DNA from: Rebecca billardiae RCC1528
Taxonomy: Eukaryota; Protista; Haptophyta
Direction: 5' to 3'
Length of the DNA stretch: 64,000 bases
Assembly: GCA_965240325.2 (NCBI GenBank)
Contig: OZ251227.1
Location: 868,001-932,000, forward strand
Shown here piece after piece: positions 61,988 through 64,000 of the stretch. The notes under the pieces are model-generated. The model did not search any database, was not told where the DNA came from, and saw only the letters and a list, made by a program, of their open reading frames with translations. Made by a program: the position numbers and the translations under genes. Every line of letters starts with the position of its first letter. Position 1 is the first letter of the stretch.

Positions 61988-64000
61988 ATGCTAGCACGGT
62001 GCTGGGAGAACTTGGGCAAGGATGGAGACGACGAGAACAGCGGCAAGGACGTGAACGGCCATCAGCCCGCCCCAGTTGCTCCCCTCATTGGGTTGAAGCC
62101 AGGCGTGGCCGAGCGCGCGGCAATGCCGCGCGGCTCATCGGCGGTTGCGCGCAAGCGCACGCCAGACTACCTCGCGGCTGCCCTGAGGGGCATGCAGGCT
62201 GAGAAGAACCGGCAAGGCGAGAAGCTCACGCTTCTCCGCAAGCCCATCTCCAGCGCCTCCGGGCCTGGCAACATCGCTGACCTGAACTCAGGCAGCATCG
62301 TGTCGTATGCGCGCAATGCTGCATCGCACGCAAGGCCTCGAGCCGACATCAAGGATCACCTTGAGGAGGAGGTTCGCGCACAGCGCGGTGAGGAGGAGCG
62401 TTGCCGCTCGCATCCCCCGCCATCGCGCCACTCCATCCGCACGCACGTCGTTGCGCAGGGGATCTCAACAACTACCGCCCGGGACTCTGCGCCCGCGAGC
62501 GCGGTTCAAGAGCGCGCGGCTGAGAGCCCGCAGCTCAAGGAGTGCCTTGCGGCCTCCGAGTCATCGAACGAGGTCACCGAGCGTTCCGGGGCAGATGTAG
62601 CGCTCGACGCTGCTGCCGCTGATGCCGCTCCGACCGTCGAGGCCCTCGAGCCTGCCGACGCTGCTCCGCGTGCTGGCCATCTGGCCGCCGCCTGTGACAG
62701 CGCAGGTCGTGCCACCGCCGCAGTCAGTCTGCAGCCTCGCGCGCGTGACACTGTGTCTGAGTCTGACCGATCGAACGAGGACATTAGCACCGATGAGTGC
62801 GACGCAAACGACCTGTATGGTCTGGCAGAGCAAACTATGCTCCAAGATGCTACGACACGTGACTCTGTCACAGCGAGCTCAAGCATCAAGTCAGCGGCCG
62901 CATTTATTATTGATGCGCCTGACCCAAACAAATACGTTTACCCCAAAATTACCAGCCTCACGATGGCTTCCGAAGCCGAGCTGCTCGCCACGAGCGACAC
63001 AAGCAGCCGCGAGATGACCGCCGCAGAGACGGCAGAGTCCTCGTCTGGCACGTATCGACTCGCGTCGAACGTAGGAAGCGCATGCGATGCAGGGGGGGCA
63101 TCATACACCTGCTTGACGGCAAAGCCGCAGCAAAACCAAGTTGGCGAGCGCGACGCGCGTGCGCATGCATCAGCTGCGTCAGCCATCACAACGCCACACT
63201 CTTGCAAGGAAGAGTATTCCGCCGAAGCTGCCGCGGATGCACATGCATCACCGCTGGACAGAACGAGCGTGAAGAAGCCCAAAGAAGGCACCACAGCCTC
63301 GACGAGGGTCACTCCTCGCTCGAAGGTAGAGCGCGAATCGCCACAGAGCGCGCGCGACACATCGACCAATGCACTTGAGTCGAAGAAACGTGACTGGATA
63401 GTCATCGAAGGAGGAGTCACAGACTCTAATCCAACCAAGAAGGAACGTGTGTTCATGGCACGCGAATCCTCGGCAGGAGTGGATACACCCGCCACACACA
63501 AGCTGACACAGTCAGCTCTGAAATCCAAGCGCGCGGTACACAGCGCGATACGGGATGCACTCGCAGAAGTGAGCACCTACTACAAGGGCAAATCCTCAGA
63601 TGTCACACCTGACATAATGGAGCCCAAGGATAGCAAGCTATCCGGCTTTCAACTCATTGCCAAAGACAAATGGGTGAAAGACGCAGCCAAAATCGATCCA
63701 TACAAGGCTGACAACGCTGACGCCAACAAGATCGGATCGGTCTACGATCGATCTGCGGCAGCGATATTCAAGCAGCTGAAGGACTCTATCGAGCCTCAGT
63801 TATTCGCCTATCTGGAATCGAAGCTGCACATCAGCGATCCGACCAAGAACTACTTGGATCTGGCGCTGCTGCTACAGATATTTGAGCGCGAGCTCAAGAT
63901 CACAACTATGTCCGAACTCAGGGATGAATTCCTGAAGTTATACCCGACAAAGGTGTCGCCCATTGGCGCATCGGACATTATCAAGAAATCCGTCGAGCAA
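61988..64000 (+). CDS. Long ORF open to the window edge; probable LTR-retrotransposon gag-like protein
   Basis: The frame appears stop-free from 61913 to the edge (read by hand, and consistent with its absence from the ORF track), with lower GC than host genes. The C-terminal AAAIFKQLKDSIEPQLFAYL...LLQIFERE...SELRDEFLKL resembles copia-type gag helices. Confidence 0.5.
   Translation, partial: MLARCWENLGKDGDDENSGKDVNGHQPAPVAPLIGLKPGVAERAAMPRGSSAVARKRTPDYLAAALRGMQAEKNRQGEKLTLLRKPISSASGPGNIADLNSGSIVSYARNAASHARPRADIKDHLEEEVRAQRGEEERCRSHPPPSRHSIRTHVVAQGISTTTARDSAPASAVQERAAESPQLKECLAASESSNEVTERSGADVALDAAAADAAPTVEALEPADAAPRAGHLAAACDSAGRATAAVSLQPRARDTVSESDRSNEDISTDECDANDLYGLAEQTMLQDATTRDSVTASSSIKSAAAFIIDAPDPNKYVYPKITSLTMASEAELLATSDTSSREMTAAETAESSSGTYRLASNVGSACDAGGASYTCLTAKPQQNQVGERDARAHASAASAITTPHSCKEEYSAEAAADAHASPLDRTSVKKPKEGTTASTRVTPRSKVERESPQSARDTSTNALESKKRDWIVIEGGVTDSNPTKKERVFMARESSAGVDTPATHKLTQSALKSKRAVHSAIRDALAEVSTYYKGKSSDVTPDIMEPKDSKLSGFQLIAKDKWVKDAAKIDPYKADNADANKIGSVYDRSAAAIFKQLKDSIEPQLFAYLESKLHISDPTKNYLDLALLLQIFERELKITTMSELRDEFLKLYPTKVSPIGASDIIKKSVEQ

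Overview
This is very GC-rich eukaryotic nuclear DNA with short GC-rich GT..AG introns. It is probably algal and haptophyte-like (inference only). Host genes: a frameshifted NWD1/NACHT-like fragment, a secreted or plastid-targeted Pro/Ala/Lys-rich protein, CDC5L, a DUF4864-like protein, an RfnT-like MFS transporter, a ~7,780-aa polycystin-1-like protein with a ~3,600-aa (SPPP)n rod, a membrane RING-H2 E3 ligase and a hybrid histidine kinase. Mobile DNA is abundant: an APE-RT-RNaseH non-LTR retrotransposon with an inverted partial copy, several long-TIR foldback elements (7-bp TSD; TTAA TSD; TA-microsatellite-associated) and a gag-like ORF running off the right edge. The most striking feature is a 2,262-bp non-coding insertion (46606-48867) that splits the retrotransposon ORF. 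It has TG..CA ends and a 5-bp TSD (ACCAA), and consists of five same-polarity 97-bp imperfect hairpins separated by a ~445-bp arm that flips orientation each time. This is the pattern expected from rolling-circle copying of a ~1,083-nt covalently closed rod (dumbbell) followed by integrase-type insertion.
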